Assembly: GCF_018350175.1 (NCBI RefSeq)
Contig: NC_058368.1
Span: forward strand, 214,026,001 to 214,090,000
Length of the DNA: 64,000 nt
Direction: 5' to 3'
Origin: Felis catus
Taxonomy: Eukaryota
Made by a program: the position numbers and the translations under genes. Positions 1 to 11,450 of the stretch are shown here, in pieces. A model generated the notes under the pieces. It was given only the letters and a program-made list of their open reading frames with translations. It searched no databases and had not been told where the DNA came from. How positions within the stretch are numbered: the first letter of the stretch is position 1; each line of letters begins with the position of its first letter.

Positions 1-14
1 ACATAAAGAAATAA
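1..14 (+). CDS. DROSHA: C-terminal codons and stop of DROSHA (ribonuclease III); rest of gene lies before the window
   Basis: (g)AC ATA AAG AAA TAA = D-I-K-K-stop, matching the recalled DROSHA C-terminus (..TEDIKK*). The following ~290 nt resembles the recalled human DROSHA 3' UTR (GTATTTACTTGCT..TAACTGTGACTGTTG..CTAGCCTAGTTTTCCT.CAGACAATGAATGAAGTGTG). DROSHA is the known convergent neighbour of CDH6. Confidence 0.85.
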
Positions 15-123
15 AGGCGGGCACGGAAGTGGTGGCGTATTTACTTGCTTAATAACTGTGACTGTTGCCCATTGAGATCTAGCCTAGTTTTCCTACAGAC
101 AATGAATGAAGTGTGCCCATTGA

Positions 124-129
124 AATAAA
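124..129 (+). terminator. Proximal polyadenylation signal AATAAA (DROSHA)
   Basis: AATAAA followed ~20 nt later by GT/T-rich CTCTTGTTGTTTT. Confidence 0.55.
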
Positions 130-283
130 ACACAAAGTCAAAATCGCTCTTGTTGTTTTACTGATCTAATACGCTGTTTTTAGCTGGATGGTCTTTATTA
201 CAAAGTATTTGGTTTCTCTTCTGTTTAATGGAAAACCTTACTTTGGTGGATGTGCATATTCCCTTTTATTTTGTTCTTTAAAC

Positions 284-289
284 AATAAA
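284..289 (+). terminator. Distal polyadenylation signal AATAAA (DROSHA)
   Basis: AATAAA preceded by a U-rich stretch and followed by TGTTTTTC at ~323. Confidence 0.65.
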
Positions 290-654
290 ATTTGAAAAGC
301 ATATTCTATGTGGAATAGATCATGTTTTTCTATGGCTGTCTGAGATTGTGTCACAAGACTTTGAGCTGACAAGTGAAAAATTCACCTCACTAGATATTTG
401 GGCTACACTCTATTAACGTCTATGCTTTTGGAAATCGCTGGATTATTAACTAGATTTTTCAGCTTTCATCTGGATGTTTATCGTCTTCTCAACTGCAGAA
501 ATTGAACTTACCCCTCATTAAGCAGTGAATTCTTTGTAGAAGGGATCCCTTTAATGTTTAACTGGCTAGTGGGAGTGGGGATAGACATATATTCTTTGAG
601 TCATCAGAATAGGGGAGAGATCACGACTCTAAGCCAGATGACACTTTAAATCAG

Positions 655-840
655 ATACTCTAACTCTGGGGTCAGTGGATGCTTTAAGAAGTTTATAGAT
701 GGACTTAAAGGAAGTCTCAGAAGCTCCTGAAATTGTATTGGATTTTGTGTCTATCAGGGGGAGTTGGGAGTGGGCGGGGGGCAGGATGAGGACCTTGTGG
801 CTTTCATCAGCTTAAAGCGGTCCCTGCAATAATGGGCTAA
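655..840. mobile_element. Degraded non-autonomous hAT-Charlie-type MER
   Basis: CTGGGGTC..CCTGAAATTGTA..GCTTTCATCAG pattern recalled from Charlie-derived MERs; a related copy lies at 18745-19360. Confidence 0.4.
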
Positions 841-944
841 CGTTACATTAAAAGGCATGACATTTTTTAAAAAATGTTATTTTAAACTGAGTATCACTTG
901 TTTTTTATTAATAAAGGCAAAACCTCTTATTTAAAACAAATGTG

Positions 945-1260
945 TTTTCATTCATTGTTTTGGCAAATACATAGTGAATGACTACTGTGTATCAGGTATT
1001 GTTCTAGGCTCTGGGGCTACAGCAGTGAACAAAATAAAACTCCCTGCCCTCAGGGAGCTAATGTACTAGTAAGGAATACACACAATAGACAAGAAAATAA
1101 AACATAGGTCACATGGTGTTGTAGATGATGGCCAAAAATAAAGCAGGGAGGTGGGATGGGTGCTGTTTTCAATCAGGTGGTTCATGAGATCCCTAAACGG
1201 TTGTCATTTGAGTTAAGATCTGAAGGAGAAGAGTGAGTGAGCTTTTCAGGTATCCGGAGA
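945..1260 (-). mobile_element. LINE L2 3' fragment
   Basis: TTCATTCATT..CTACTGTGTATCAGGTATTGTTCTAGG..CCCTGCCCTCAGGGAGCT is the typical antisense L2 3' end. Confidence 0.7.
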
Positions 1261-1987
1261 GTTTCTTACTTACAACTATTTAATGTTACATATGCAAGAT
1301 TGAAAATTTGGGGAATATGTTACTTTTATTAGCAGGAGAAAGAAACATATGCTATTTTGGAAATTCTGTGGAGAAAGTAGGAAACATAGGCAGAAAAATA
1401 AATCACCCATGATTCCATCACCAAGAACTTTTGTATACTGTCAGACCTTCTGTATATAAACACATGTACACATATGCACTCAAGTATGCCTTAACAATTA
1501 GATACCATACATATGGTTTCCATAGACTTCCTTTTTCATTAACTAATACATCATGCATATCTCTGTGTTGAATCCACATTTACATTTACATTGATGGCTG
1601 CATATTAATGCATATCTTAAGTACCAATTGTAGATACACTAATTTATTGACTAATGAAAGATGTGTAGGTTGTAAGCAATCTGTTGTAAATGTTGCACAC
1701 ACATACGCACACACACACACTCACACACATATTAGAGGAGTGAGAGAAGACCTGTCTAGGGCTTCTTAATTTGTTAATCATAAAATGTAAGATGGTATCT
1801 GTAAGAAAAGGGTGTCCTCGTGCTCCCCCTCCACACAGATAGCAAGACTGAACGGGAAGGAATGCTGGATTCATCAGTGGCCTTGAGACTGTTACAAGGG
1901 AAGATATTTGAAATTTTTATACAAGTACTTTGACTAGTCTTTATGCGTTAAAATAATGCCAGAGCCACATGCTGCTTGGGACTTTTT

Positions 1988-2215
1988 TTTTTTTTTTAAT
2001 TTTTTTTTTCAACGTTTTTTATTTATTTTTGGGACAGAGAGAGACAGAGCATGAACAGGGGAGGGGCAGAGAGAGAGGGAGACACAGAATCGGAAACAGG
2101 CTCCAGGCTCCGAACCATCAGCCCAGAGCCTGGCGCGGGGCTCGAACTCATGGACCGCGAGATCGTGACCTGGCTGAAGTCGGACGCTTAACCGACTGCG
2201 CCACCCAGGCGCCCC
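1988..2215 (-). mobile_element. Can-SINE, young felid SINEC_Fc type, full length
   Basis: Reverse strand reads GGGGCGCCTGGGTGGCGCAGTCGGTTAAGCGTCCGACTTCAGCCAGGTCACGATC, then a (CT)n region and A tail; 15-bp TSD TGCTTGGGACTTTTT at 1973-1987 and 2217-2231. Confidence 0.97.
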
Positions 2216-2619
2216 ATGCTTGGGACTTTTTAATGGACTTTGACTTTTTCTCTAATATTCTGGCCTTTTTCATTTACTCTCTCCATATTAATAGTTCTTG
2301 AAACCTGAAGAAGTCCATTAGAGTACCTAACAGTGAAACACATCAAACACACCATCAGGGCAGTTTAGCTCCAGGGGCTCTGTAGAGCAATAACGAGGCC
2401 AGCAGCCACATTCTGTGACTAGGCACGTTGACCAACTCAACATAGCAAGCCACTGTAACCACAGCGTCCACCCTGCCTCCTACCCAAGCCAGTCCAGCCT
2501 TCTCACCTTATTCTGATCACGAGAAGTGCCAGTGAGAGTACATTCATATATTATTTCAACTGCATTATTATTTATGGAGGCTGAATATGAAGGTTCCTTC
2601 TCACAAGTCACTTGGGTCT

Positions 2620-3420
2620 AGTTTGGGAAACAGGTAATGGTGTGTCTATAGACAGAGGGTCTCCAACTGAGACTGGAGGGGAAGGAGGGAGAGTAGGCCA
2701 CACTGGGAAGGTTCGCATTAAGGTTTAATATTTGGGGAGTTAACTGAACCTTAAAGATGAGAGACCGCTTGCAAGGTGGGGGAGGACAGGTCTTTCCAAA
2801 GGAGCAACAGGATTGGGTAACAAGAAAATGGGTTAGGATCCCACTGTATACCATGGGAGATGTAATGAAGGCCTGGAACAAGGCATTGGGAATTGGGGGT
2901 GCTGGGATAGAAGAGATTTGAAAGATAGGCCGTAGAGCTTTCAGGACGTGGAGTAGAGCAAGGTGTCTATTTTGGCACGGTTGACCTTTGGGGCTAGATA
3001 ATTCTTCCTTGGGGGCAGGAGGGGCTGTAAGGTATTTAGTTACATTCCTTATGTCTACCCATTATGCCAGTAGCATCCTTTCCCCTGGTTGTGACAACTG
3101 AAAGTCTCTGGACATTGCCAAATATCCCCTAGATGCAAAATCACCCCAGGTTGAGAACCACTGAGGTAGGAGAAGTGAAGTGAGGGAACACCAGGCTAAA
3201 TTTTATACAATCAGGTTACAAACCATTTATGGAAAAGCAGAATTAGAAAGAAAGGTGTTGAGTTTGCTGTTGAACTTGAGGGGCCTGAGGGATGTCTCTG
3301 GAGATGTTGAATAAACAGTTGGATACATGGTTTTGCAGCCCAATAAGGATATTTGAGCCGAAGTACAGATTAGAAATGGACTCAAAACCTTCAGTGCCAT
3401 TTGTACATCTGCAAAGGAGA
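2620..3420 (-). mobile_element. L2 fragments interrupted by MER20
   Basis: Purine-rich antisense L2-like text (AAGGCCTGGAAC..GGATGTCTCTGGAGATGTTGAATAAACAGTTGGATA). Confidence 0.5.
2965..3163 (+). mobile_element. MER20 (hAT-Charlie)
   Basis: TTGGCAC..TTGAC.TTTGG..GACATTGCCAAAT.TCCCCT..GCAAAATCACCCC.GGTTGAGAACCACTG. Confidence 0.8.
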
Positions 3421-3949
3421 ACACTGGTTTTCCTATGTTAGAGACAGGACACCATTCCAGTGATGTAGCACTTTGAAACTATAGATGTCACACATTCGGT
3501 GCATGTATACCAGAGAAGGAACTCTGCTCTCATCTGAGCTATTTCATCTTTAGATGAGATTTTCTTAAACCAATGGGCTGTTTGAGAATTATTTCAATCG
3601 TCTTCCTTAAGTTTTGTAATGTTTTGTGACATTTCTCTGCAATGACCTTCTACAAAGTGAAGAAGACCCTTTGTGAATTACGCAGGTTTCACATGAGAGT
3701 GTTCTCAACTGGGAGTAACAATGTATTTACTAAAGCCTTGCACACAAGTTCCCTATAGCTATTAGCCCCAGATTCTTCACTGGGCCCTTATTATTTATTC
3801 TATCTTATGAGGGATGAAATAAGCATAATTAGACGTTATAATAATTTATTTTGCATAAATATCAGAACATTTAAGAGAACAACCTGTGGAGGAGATAACT
3901 GGCCACAAAGGGTTTTTGCTCTGTAGAGTTGTGTTCAGGAAGTACCTGC

Positions 3950-4262
3950 CCAACATTCCAGCTTCTTTGCATTGAAGTGAGGTTTAGTGGCTAGTTCCCG
4001 TGCGTTGAATGTCAATAGCTCCTCTCCAATTTACTGACTAGATTTTGGTATCCAGGGAGGGGGACTTTGAAAGCCACCTTCAGTGAGAATGTGAATGGCT
4101 GCATGGAACAGAGCCTTTATCCCTATCCCACCACTTGCCCTCCTTTGATAGGGGGCTCCTACTTGGACTTTATGTAAGTGAAAAACAAATAGCTGTGTGT
4201 TAAGCTACTTGAGATTTGGGGGCTTATCTATTATAGCAGCTAGCATCACCTTAACTAACACA
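3950..4262 (+). mobile_element. MLT1-type (ERVL-MaLR) LTR remnant
   Basis: 3' end TTAAGCTACTTGAGATTTGGGGG..TTATAGCAGCTAGCATCACCTTAACTAACACA is typical of MLT1. Confidence 0.55.
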
Positions 4263-7200
4263 ACTACTTCTGAGGCAGGCACTGAACAACCCAAATTAAA
4301 TATTTGCCAGCCCAATCACATAAAAAAGAACATGTTCACCCACCTGTTACTAGATGCTATACTGAACTAGATAATGTTCCTTATTTAATTTTGATATGTT
4401 TTATTTATGGGTCAGAAATGCCCAACTCATATTTTAAAATGTTAAAATGTAATGACCATGAAATAGAGTAAATTCATATCTATGACTTAGGGGTTTGGAG
4501 AGCATTCATTCTGAGATTTATTAGTGTTTGTAGCATCTACTATGTCCTTGGCATGGAAGATTTAAGCAGAGTCCTTGTCCTCAAGAAGCTCGCTCTTTAG
4601 AAAAGGAAACACATACACCCGTGTATGTAAGGTACCATACAGAGGATCCGAGAGAGGGAGAGGCTCATTCCTTCTGGAGGAAGGATGGAATCAGAGGACG
4701 TCAAACCTCAGTTTGATCTTGGGAGATGATATCAGCCCCCATGTCTGTTGACTCTCTTCCCCCTGACAAAAAAGCCTTTTTTCAGGTCAAATATATTGTT
4801 TTCTTTTTCAACTACAGTATCATCATGACACCTAACAAAATCATCAAGAACTCCTTAATAATTCCTAGTAATCAGTCCATATTCAAACGTACAGCTGGGT
4901 TTGTCCAAGCAATTATTTGAGCAGGATCCATACATTGCCTTTGGTTTTTATGTCTCTTAAGTCACTTTTAATCTAGAACACCCTGCCAGTCCTCTTTCTC
5001 TTCATAACTAGTTGAAGAAACCTAGTCAGCTGTTACATAGAATCTCCCACCTTCTGGATGTGATAACCAGCTTTCTTGTGGTTTTGCTTGCTTTTTCCCT
5101 TTCTCCTCCGTATTAGATCTAAAGGCTTGATTTTAAATTTAGGTTCAAAATTTGTGGCAAATGTAATTTTAGCCCTCCCTTCCCAATAATAATTATTTTA
5201 ATAGTGCCAGTTCTCAAATTCTTTTGGGTAATAGATGGCTGTGGTGGTTCATTTTATGTCTCAGTTTGGCTAGGCGAGAGGTATTTTTTAAGCAGCTAAG
5301 TTTGTGGACATTGGTTATAGAGCAATAGAAAACAAATATATTCTCTTTATCTAAAGGGTAATCTCTTCATGTTACTATCCTGTTTAAAATATTTCATGGG
5401 TTCCTCATTGCCTATAAGATAAAGACCAGATTCCTTACCAGGGAATTAAATTTCCTAACAACTGGACATTAGCGCCTCTGCTACCTCCTCCCTCTCACCC
5501 ACCGCCGCCCCCCCTCCCTGCCCCCCAGCTCCATCCTGACTGAACAGGTTGCAGATGTTCGAACACATTTTACGTTTTCCTCCGGGATTTTGTGCTGCTG
5601 GAATAGGCCACCTCCTTGCTAATTACAGCTTACTCATTTTTTGGGCACCAACTCAGGAACTGTGTCCTGTAAGCCTTTCCTTGAACCTTAAATTTAAGTG
5701 TACATCCTCGGGCTCTTTCCTAATCTCCTTTGTCACGCCATCTTGTTACTATGTCTTGACTCGCCGATCTTGCCCCCCTTGGACCACAAGCTCCTGGCAG
5801 GCAGGACCATCAGAAATTACCTATGAACCGTGGGCTCTCCCTCCAGCTTGTTCCAAGCACCCTCCTGCAGGAACTCTGAGGCTGAGGCAACAAGAATGAC
5901 ACATAGGAGACGGCATATCTACCCTCTTGGGACCTCCTACACTTGGACTTGGTCAGGAGCTGGAGGCCAGAACAGGACAACACAAGCCCACGGGGATCAC
6001 GGGGATCCTGCAGGAAGCAGAGGAACCAGCTCGACCCCTCTTGTCTTCCCGGAGCTGATGTTCTCACCGCTCTCCAAGGCGGGCAGCTCACATAATGTGG
6101 ACAAGACAAAGATTAGCTCCAGGAGCTTTGTTCTAGATCATGAGATAGAGCCACAGAAGCCCGAGGTGTGGTCATCAGTGATGGTGGCTTGGGACAGGCT
6201 TTAGTCACCTGACCTTATAATCTACAGCAGCAACTCCCTCTCCAATATTCTTTGCTGTGGTCTAATGATCTTACTCCATCTCATATCATTGCACTATGTA
6301 AACATCGCTCCGGTAGGCACCTCCAGCTAGATTGCGGCTTCTATTTGGGAATTTGGGAGCGGCTATAAGCAAACGAGGGCAGAACCCCTACTTTTCCCTC
6401 AACTACATTCCCCCCAACTACATTCTACCTCTCTGTCTTGCACCCTCAGAGGCCCCAGAGATGTCCCTTTGAAGAGACCCCTGTCAGGTCTCTGCCAGTA
6501 ACCCGGTGGTGAGTGAACACAGCTGTCCCATCACTCAAATAGCTGCTTCTCCAAATGTTCTCCCATTTGTCCTGAAATACTTGTCTGGTTAAGGAGGAAG
6601 CTTTAAATGGAGTTTAAAAAACAAAACAAAACAAAATCAAACAAACAAAAAATCCACAGCTAGCTAATCATTTGTATGCTGAATATTAGCCCATCACAAT
6701 AGAAAACTCCCAGATAAAACAACTCATAATGAAAATGCAGCAAGACCCTTAACTGTAGCGATTCTAATGCTCACCTCTATTATTATAATAATAGGGGTCT
6801 CAAATGGAGCTGTTGAGAACAGTGACTGCCCCTGACTAGAATTCAACCAGAAAGATCAAGAGAGAGCCCTAATTGCCTTTCTTCTCAGATCAAACAATTG
6901 ACTTAATTCTCCAGGCCTACACACGGAAATGTGTTTGAGGAGATTCAAATAGGTTACTGTAGAGGATTAAGGTTTTCTCTGCAGATTATACTTTTATGCC
7001 CTGTAGTTCATTGCTTGAAGTGTTAAGTAGTTTTGTCAAAATAAGCAGGGCTGGAAGGATTTTTAAAATCTTACAAATCACACACTCTTGCTGAGTAACA
7101 CAAGGGACGTCTGTTTTTCCCCCTCTCCCTCTTTATTATTATTATTTTTTTAAATTTAATGGTTGAGGCTTGGGGGGTGGGGAGAAATTAAGCACATTAA

Positions 7201-8858
7201 AGATTAGTTGGAACTTGCAAGAGGCATCACAGATAAGAGCAATACAAGTAGGGGGGGTTATTGTGTTTCGTCTTTTAAAAATTGTTTCACAAAGTGATGC
7301 GGCTGAAGAAGCCACATAAAGAGAAGGGATTTTCTGGTGAACGCTTAACTGCCTGAAGAGAAAGTCCAGAGGGGCGGTGAAATCAGACCCTTGAGGCTTT
7401 TCTGCAGTGTTGTGCTAATCAGGGTTATTTTACTCGCAAAGACTTCATTTCTGCTTAAAGGAGTTGGTGGCGAAATAAGCTTTAGTTTTCTTCCAGTAGA
7501 GCGTTCCCAGGAAAGGGCACTTGTCAGAAAGTCTTCAGTGACATTCTGTCCTTGGTTCCACAGGTGGCTCGGTCATCCCCCCATTCCTCCGGGGAGTCCA
7601 TTCCTCCTTAATCAAAGGGTTGTTCGATGCAGGTCATTAGCTGCGCCCTCCACTTCCTCAGTTCTGGATCCATCGCTCTTTGCAGAGCTACGTTAAATAG
7701 CTTTATTGATGTTGCAACGGTGCACCACATACCCAGCAAAAGTAAGCCGCAGACTAGGGAAAGCCCTGATAACTACTGGACAGTCCCTCCTGGAACCACA
7801 GCAAGTCTGTTTTCGTCCAGCCTGGCTCGGAGACGGACACTCCTGCCTCGCCTTTTCAGTTTTTGCAGAGCTCAGCTCCATGCACTGGGTGCCATGCACT
7901 GGCCGGTGCAAAGAAGGTTGTTCCTCTTGCTTTGATCTCTTGTCTCTGGCGTGGGCCTGGCTCCACTTTCCCATGTGTTAGAAATCCACACAGAGACACG
8001 GCGCTTGTCAGTACTGCCAGTGGGGACACGGCACCACAACAGTCCCCAGTGTCCCACGGGCCAGGAAAGCTCATAGGTCCTTTCTAACCCCACCCACGCT
8101 GCCACCCCCACCCCTGCCCCCTAGAGGGCACCTGCTGGTAGACCTCAAGGAAGAGTCCAGTGGTGAGTGCAGAGATGTGAGATGGTCTGGACAAAGCTAA
8201 GTCACACAGGAGGAGAGAAATCGAAGGCCTGGAAGGAACGTGAGGCTGCTGGGGCCTGTGGTTCTGAGAGGCAGGGAGCAACCTGACCTGAGAAAGGAAG
8301 ACGGCAGCTGAGCAGAGGAGGGGCAGAGAGGGATGGGGATGGGGCCGGAGGAAAATCCGCTAGGGCATAGGAGGTCCCAAGTGCTGTGTGTTCTGCATCG
8401 CAGACTCCCTTCTCTCCCCGCCCGCCCCCAGAGCATCAGAACCCTCGATTGCTCCGTGTATACTTATTGCTCAGTAATGGAGGAGGGCAATAGAATGAAT
8501 AGTGTTGAGTCCAATGCCCAGACGTCCCACACAGGGCAATGAGACCACACACGGGGCCACACTGTATCTGGGTCACATCTCCAAAGGGACTGAGGAACCA
8601 GTTTCTTCCACTGCTAGCATTTTACATCTCTTCTTCTCTCTGTCACATTCCTTTGTTTGGCCATTCCCATCCTGATCAAGTCCTAAATGGACCCATCTGC
8701 TCTTTCAGTCCCCAAGCAAACCTTAGTCTTCTCTGCCTATAGAACATCTCTCCCTTAGGGTCTCAGCACAAATAAAGTCCCTGAGTGGCATGGAAGCATT
8801 CAAATTGATGAGGACTTTTGAGTCCCTTGGATTCGAAAGCAGAATGAATGCTTTAAGA

Positions 8859-9158
8859 CAGGAGCCAGCAGACTTTCTGTGTAAAGGGCCAAATAGTACA
8901 AATTTTAGGCTTCACAGGCCAACAGCCAAAAATCAAGAATATTAGGTAGGTACTTGTAGAATAAATTTTTACAAAATTTGTTACTGGTAAAATTAAAAAC
9001 TGTAGACACTGAAATTTGAATTCCATAGTAATTTTCACATGGCACAAACATTATTCTTGATATTTTTCCAATTATTTAATATTGTAAAATCTATTCTTAG
9101 CTTGTGGGATGTATAATAATAGGTCATGGGGTAGATTCGGCCCACTTGCTGACCCCCG
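8859..9158 (+). mobile_element. MER58-type hAT-Charlie DNA transposon
   Basis: CAGG.G.CAGCA.ACTTTCTGT..AAAGGGCCAAATAGTA..ATTTTAGGCTT start and TTGCTGACCCC end (degenerate terminal inverted repeats). Confidence 0.8.
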
Positions 9159-10334
9159 TTATGAGAAGTGTCACTAAAAAGGAAGGTGTACTCAAACACC
9201 CTGTTCTGTCTTTATACAGACTTGTTTGTGATGATCTGGGGAAAAACATTGGTCATCAGAACCTCGGTTCCAAAATCATTGCCTGTGATCATGACAGGTA
9301 GGCAAATGGACAGAGTTATAGAACTTCTAGTCTCCTTCCAGATAATCACCACAGGCCCAAATGCCTTTGTAATGAATGCTGGCATGTCCCTTATGTACAT
9401 GGCCTTTGTCAGCTGTGGTGCTTGACACGGTGGTGGGCTTACATTTTTATGGCAATAGTGTATGGTTTTCAGAGCACTTTAACTTAAAATATCTCATCAG
9501 ATCTTAACAACCCAAGGGTAGAAAGGGTGATTATCCTCATTTTATGATTGAAAAGAACCTAAAAAAACGCAAGTCTTCAAGAAGTTGTGCAGCTACCTGA
9601 GATCAGTCATCCGGTAGTGGGCAGGGATCAGACCTCAGGTGTTGCCGGGAGCAGAGGACAGAACGACAAGCACAAAGTTGGAGGTTCAGCTGAGGGCCAA
9701 CAACAACAGAGAAAATAATCCTCCTAATGTTAGAAGCGGTGGTACATATATTAAGATGAAAAAAAAAAAAAAAAAAGACACTCCCTCTGAGTATTTCCAG
9801 AAATATTTAACCTTGTTTATTATAACATAGAAGCATATCTGAAGGCAAAATCTCTAAAACTGAATGAATTCAAAAGATAAAAAGAACAGTCTTCAAGGTA
9901 ATAATTATACTTCCAAACACACTCCCAGGGTGCTTCTGGGGGCCAGTCCCTAGAACGTGTGTTTTGTTATTACCATATATGTTAGTCTTAAAGCAGGCAG
10001 CAAAGAGAATGTGAAGAAAATCACAGAGAACAGGTTGACCCTAAAGGAAAGCATGAATCAGGGGACACAAAGGCAATGATCATGACCCTTTCTCACAGAT
10101 CTGAATGAGATCACAGAGCCGGAGACTTTAATGAGCCGCGGCAGGTTAGTGGTATAGGCTGTCCAGCTGCCCACTTATAGCTGGCTCCCTTCTGAGGAGA
10201 GGTCAAGGAAGCAGGGATGGCCTGCTGCTGCTGTCTGCTTCTATCACAGCCACGTGGTGACATCACACAAGTCCAAAGTCCTTTGAACACTGCCCTCAGG
10301 AAGTGTCACTTGGAGACAGAACTGATGCATTTAG

Positions 10335-10565
10335 AGGGTACTGGTTAAGAGTGAGAGCTCTGAACTTGCACTAGGGCTGGGTTCAAATCCTCAGTCCTCC
10401 CCTTACTGGCCTTGACCTTGGGGAGCTTGCCTCTGTGTTGTTCATAGTTTATAAGGGAGGATGATACAGTAGCTACATCATTGGCTTGTGGGGAGCATTA
10501 AATGAGATGATGCAAATAAAATGCCTGGCACATAGCAGGTGCACAATAAATGTGCACTATTGTTA
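10335..10565 (+). mobile_element. MIR SINE
   Basis: TGGTTAAGAG..CTGGGTTCAAATCC..TGACCTTGGG..ATTAAATGAG..TGCCTGGCACATAG..CAATAAATG. Confidence 0.8.
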
Positions 10566-10629
10566 TGGGTGTTATTTATTAGGCCCAACAGCAAACCTGA
10601 AATGGCTAATGACTCTGGAGAGACAGCTC

Positions 10630-10830
10630 AGAGGCAGAAGAAAGAACACTGGGCTGAGATTCCAAAGACCTGGGTTGCACGTCAAATTCCGACCCTTGCA
10701 AGAGGTTAAGTAATCTGAGGAAAGCCATTCTCAGAGCCTTAGTTGCCTCATCTCAGAAATGGAGTTACTAATATCTATTTTACGGGGTCATCGGGAGGAT
10801 TAAGTAAGACGGGATGCGAGATTGCTTCAT
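10630..10830 (+). mobile_element. MIR SINE fragment
   Basis: AGACCTGGGTT..GAGCCTTAGTTGCCTCATCTCAGAAATGG..GGGAGGATTAA. Confidence 0.6.
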
Positions 10831-10887
10831 ATATTATTATAGAGTTTCACAAAGTGTTCATGGCAACATCTCTAAACACAGAATGTT

Positions 10888-10918
<31 letters not shown>

Positions 10919-11289
10919 CCCACATCTTGTTCCATAAAAGATTTGAGACGTTCTACAAACCTTAAGCAAGGCTCAAAACCCACATCAATAAAAAGAATCC
11001 ACACAAAATAATGAACCATAAACCTGACTTAAAAATGAGGACTGAAGACCCAGGAATGGGTAAAAGTAGGAAATAAACATTCAAAATTATAGGTCAGTTT
11101 TTTTATCTACAATTCAAACTGAATATGCAATTTATCTCTTAAGTTTTCTGAGAGTCAGAGGGGAAAAGAGGAGAAGTGATTTACCAAAAAAAAAAAAAAA
11201 ATCTCTTTCTTGCCTTCTCCTGTCCTTCCTCTCTTCCTCTCCCCTCCCACTTCCATTCTTCAAGAGAAGCAGTAATTTGCAACCTTTAT

Positions 11290-11450
11290 TACAACCTTGT
11301 CAAGGTAAGTACTATTTATAAATGAATAAACCAAGGCTCAGAGAGGTTATTAGCTATCTTGCCTGAGATCACACAGCTAGTAGGAGGCAAGGTCAGGATT
11401 AAAGTTCAAATCCAAAGGCACCAAAGCTCTTGCTCCCTCCACTGTACTAT
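11290..11450 (-). mobile_element. MIR SINE fragment
   Basis: ACAACCTTGT.AAGGTAAGTACTATT..AGGCTCAGAGAGGTTA..CTTGCCTGAGATCACACAGCTAGTA. Confidence 0.7.

Larger units (their letters stand above)
15..305 (+). other. DROSHA: DROSHA 3' UTR (3' end approximate)
   Basis: Follows the stop, contains AATAAA at 124-129 and 284-289, and is followed by T/GT-rich sequence; resembles the recalled human UTR. Confidence 0.75.

Noticed and set aside
1969..2301. Near-identical ORFs here and at 48372-48575 (GRGRERGRHR...)
   Set aside because: Translations of Can-SINE sequence, not a gene family.
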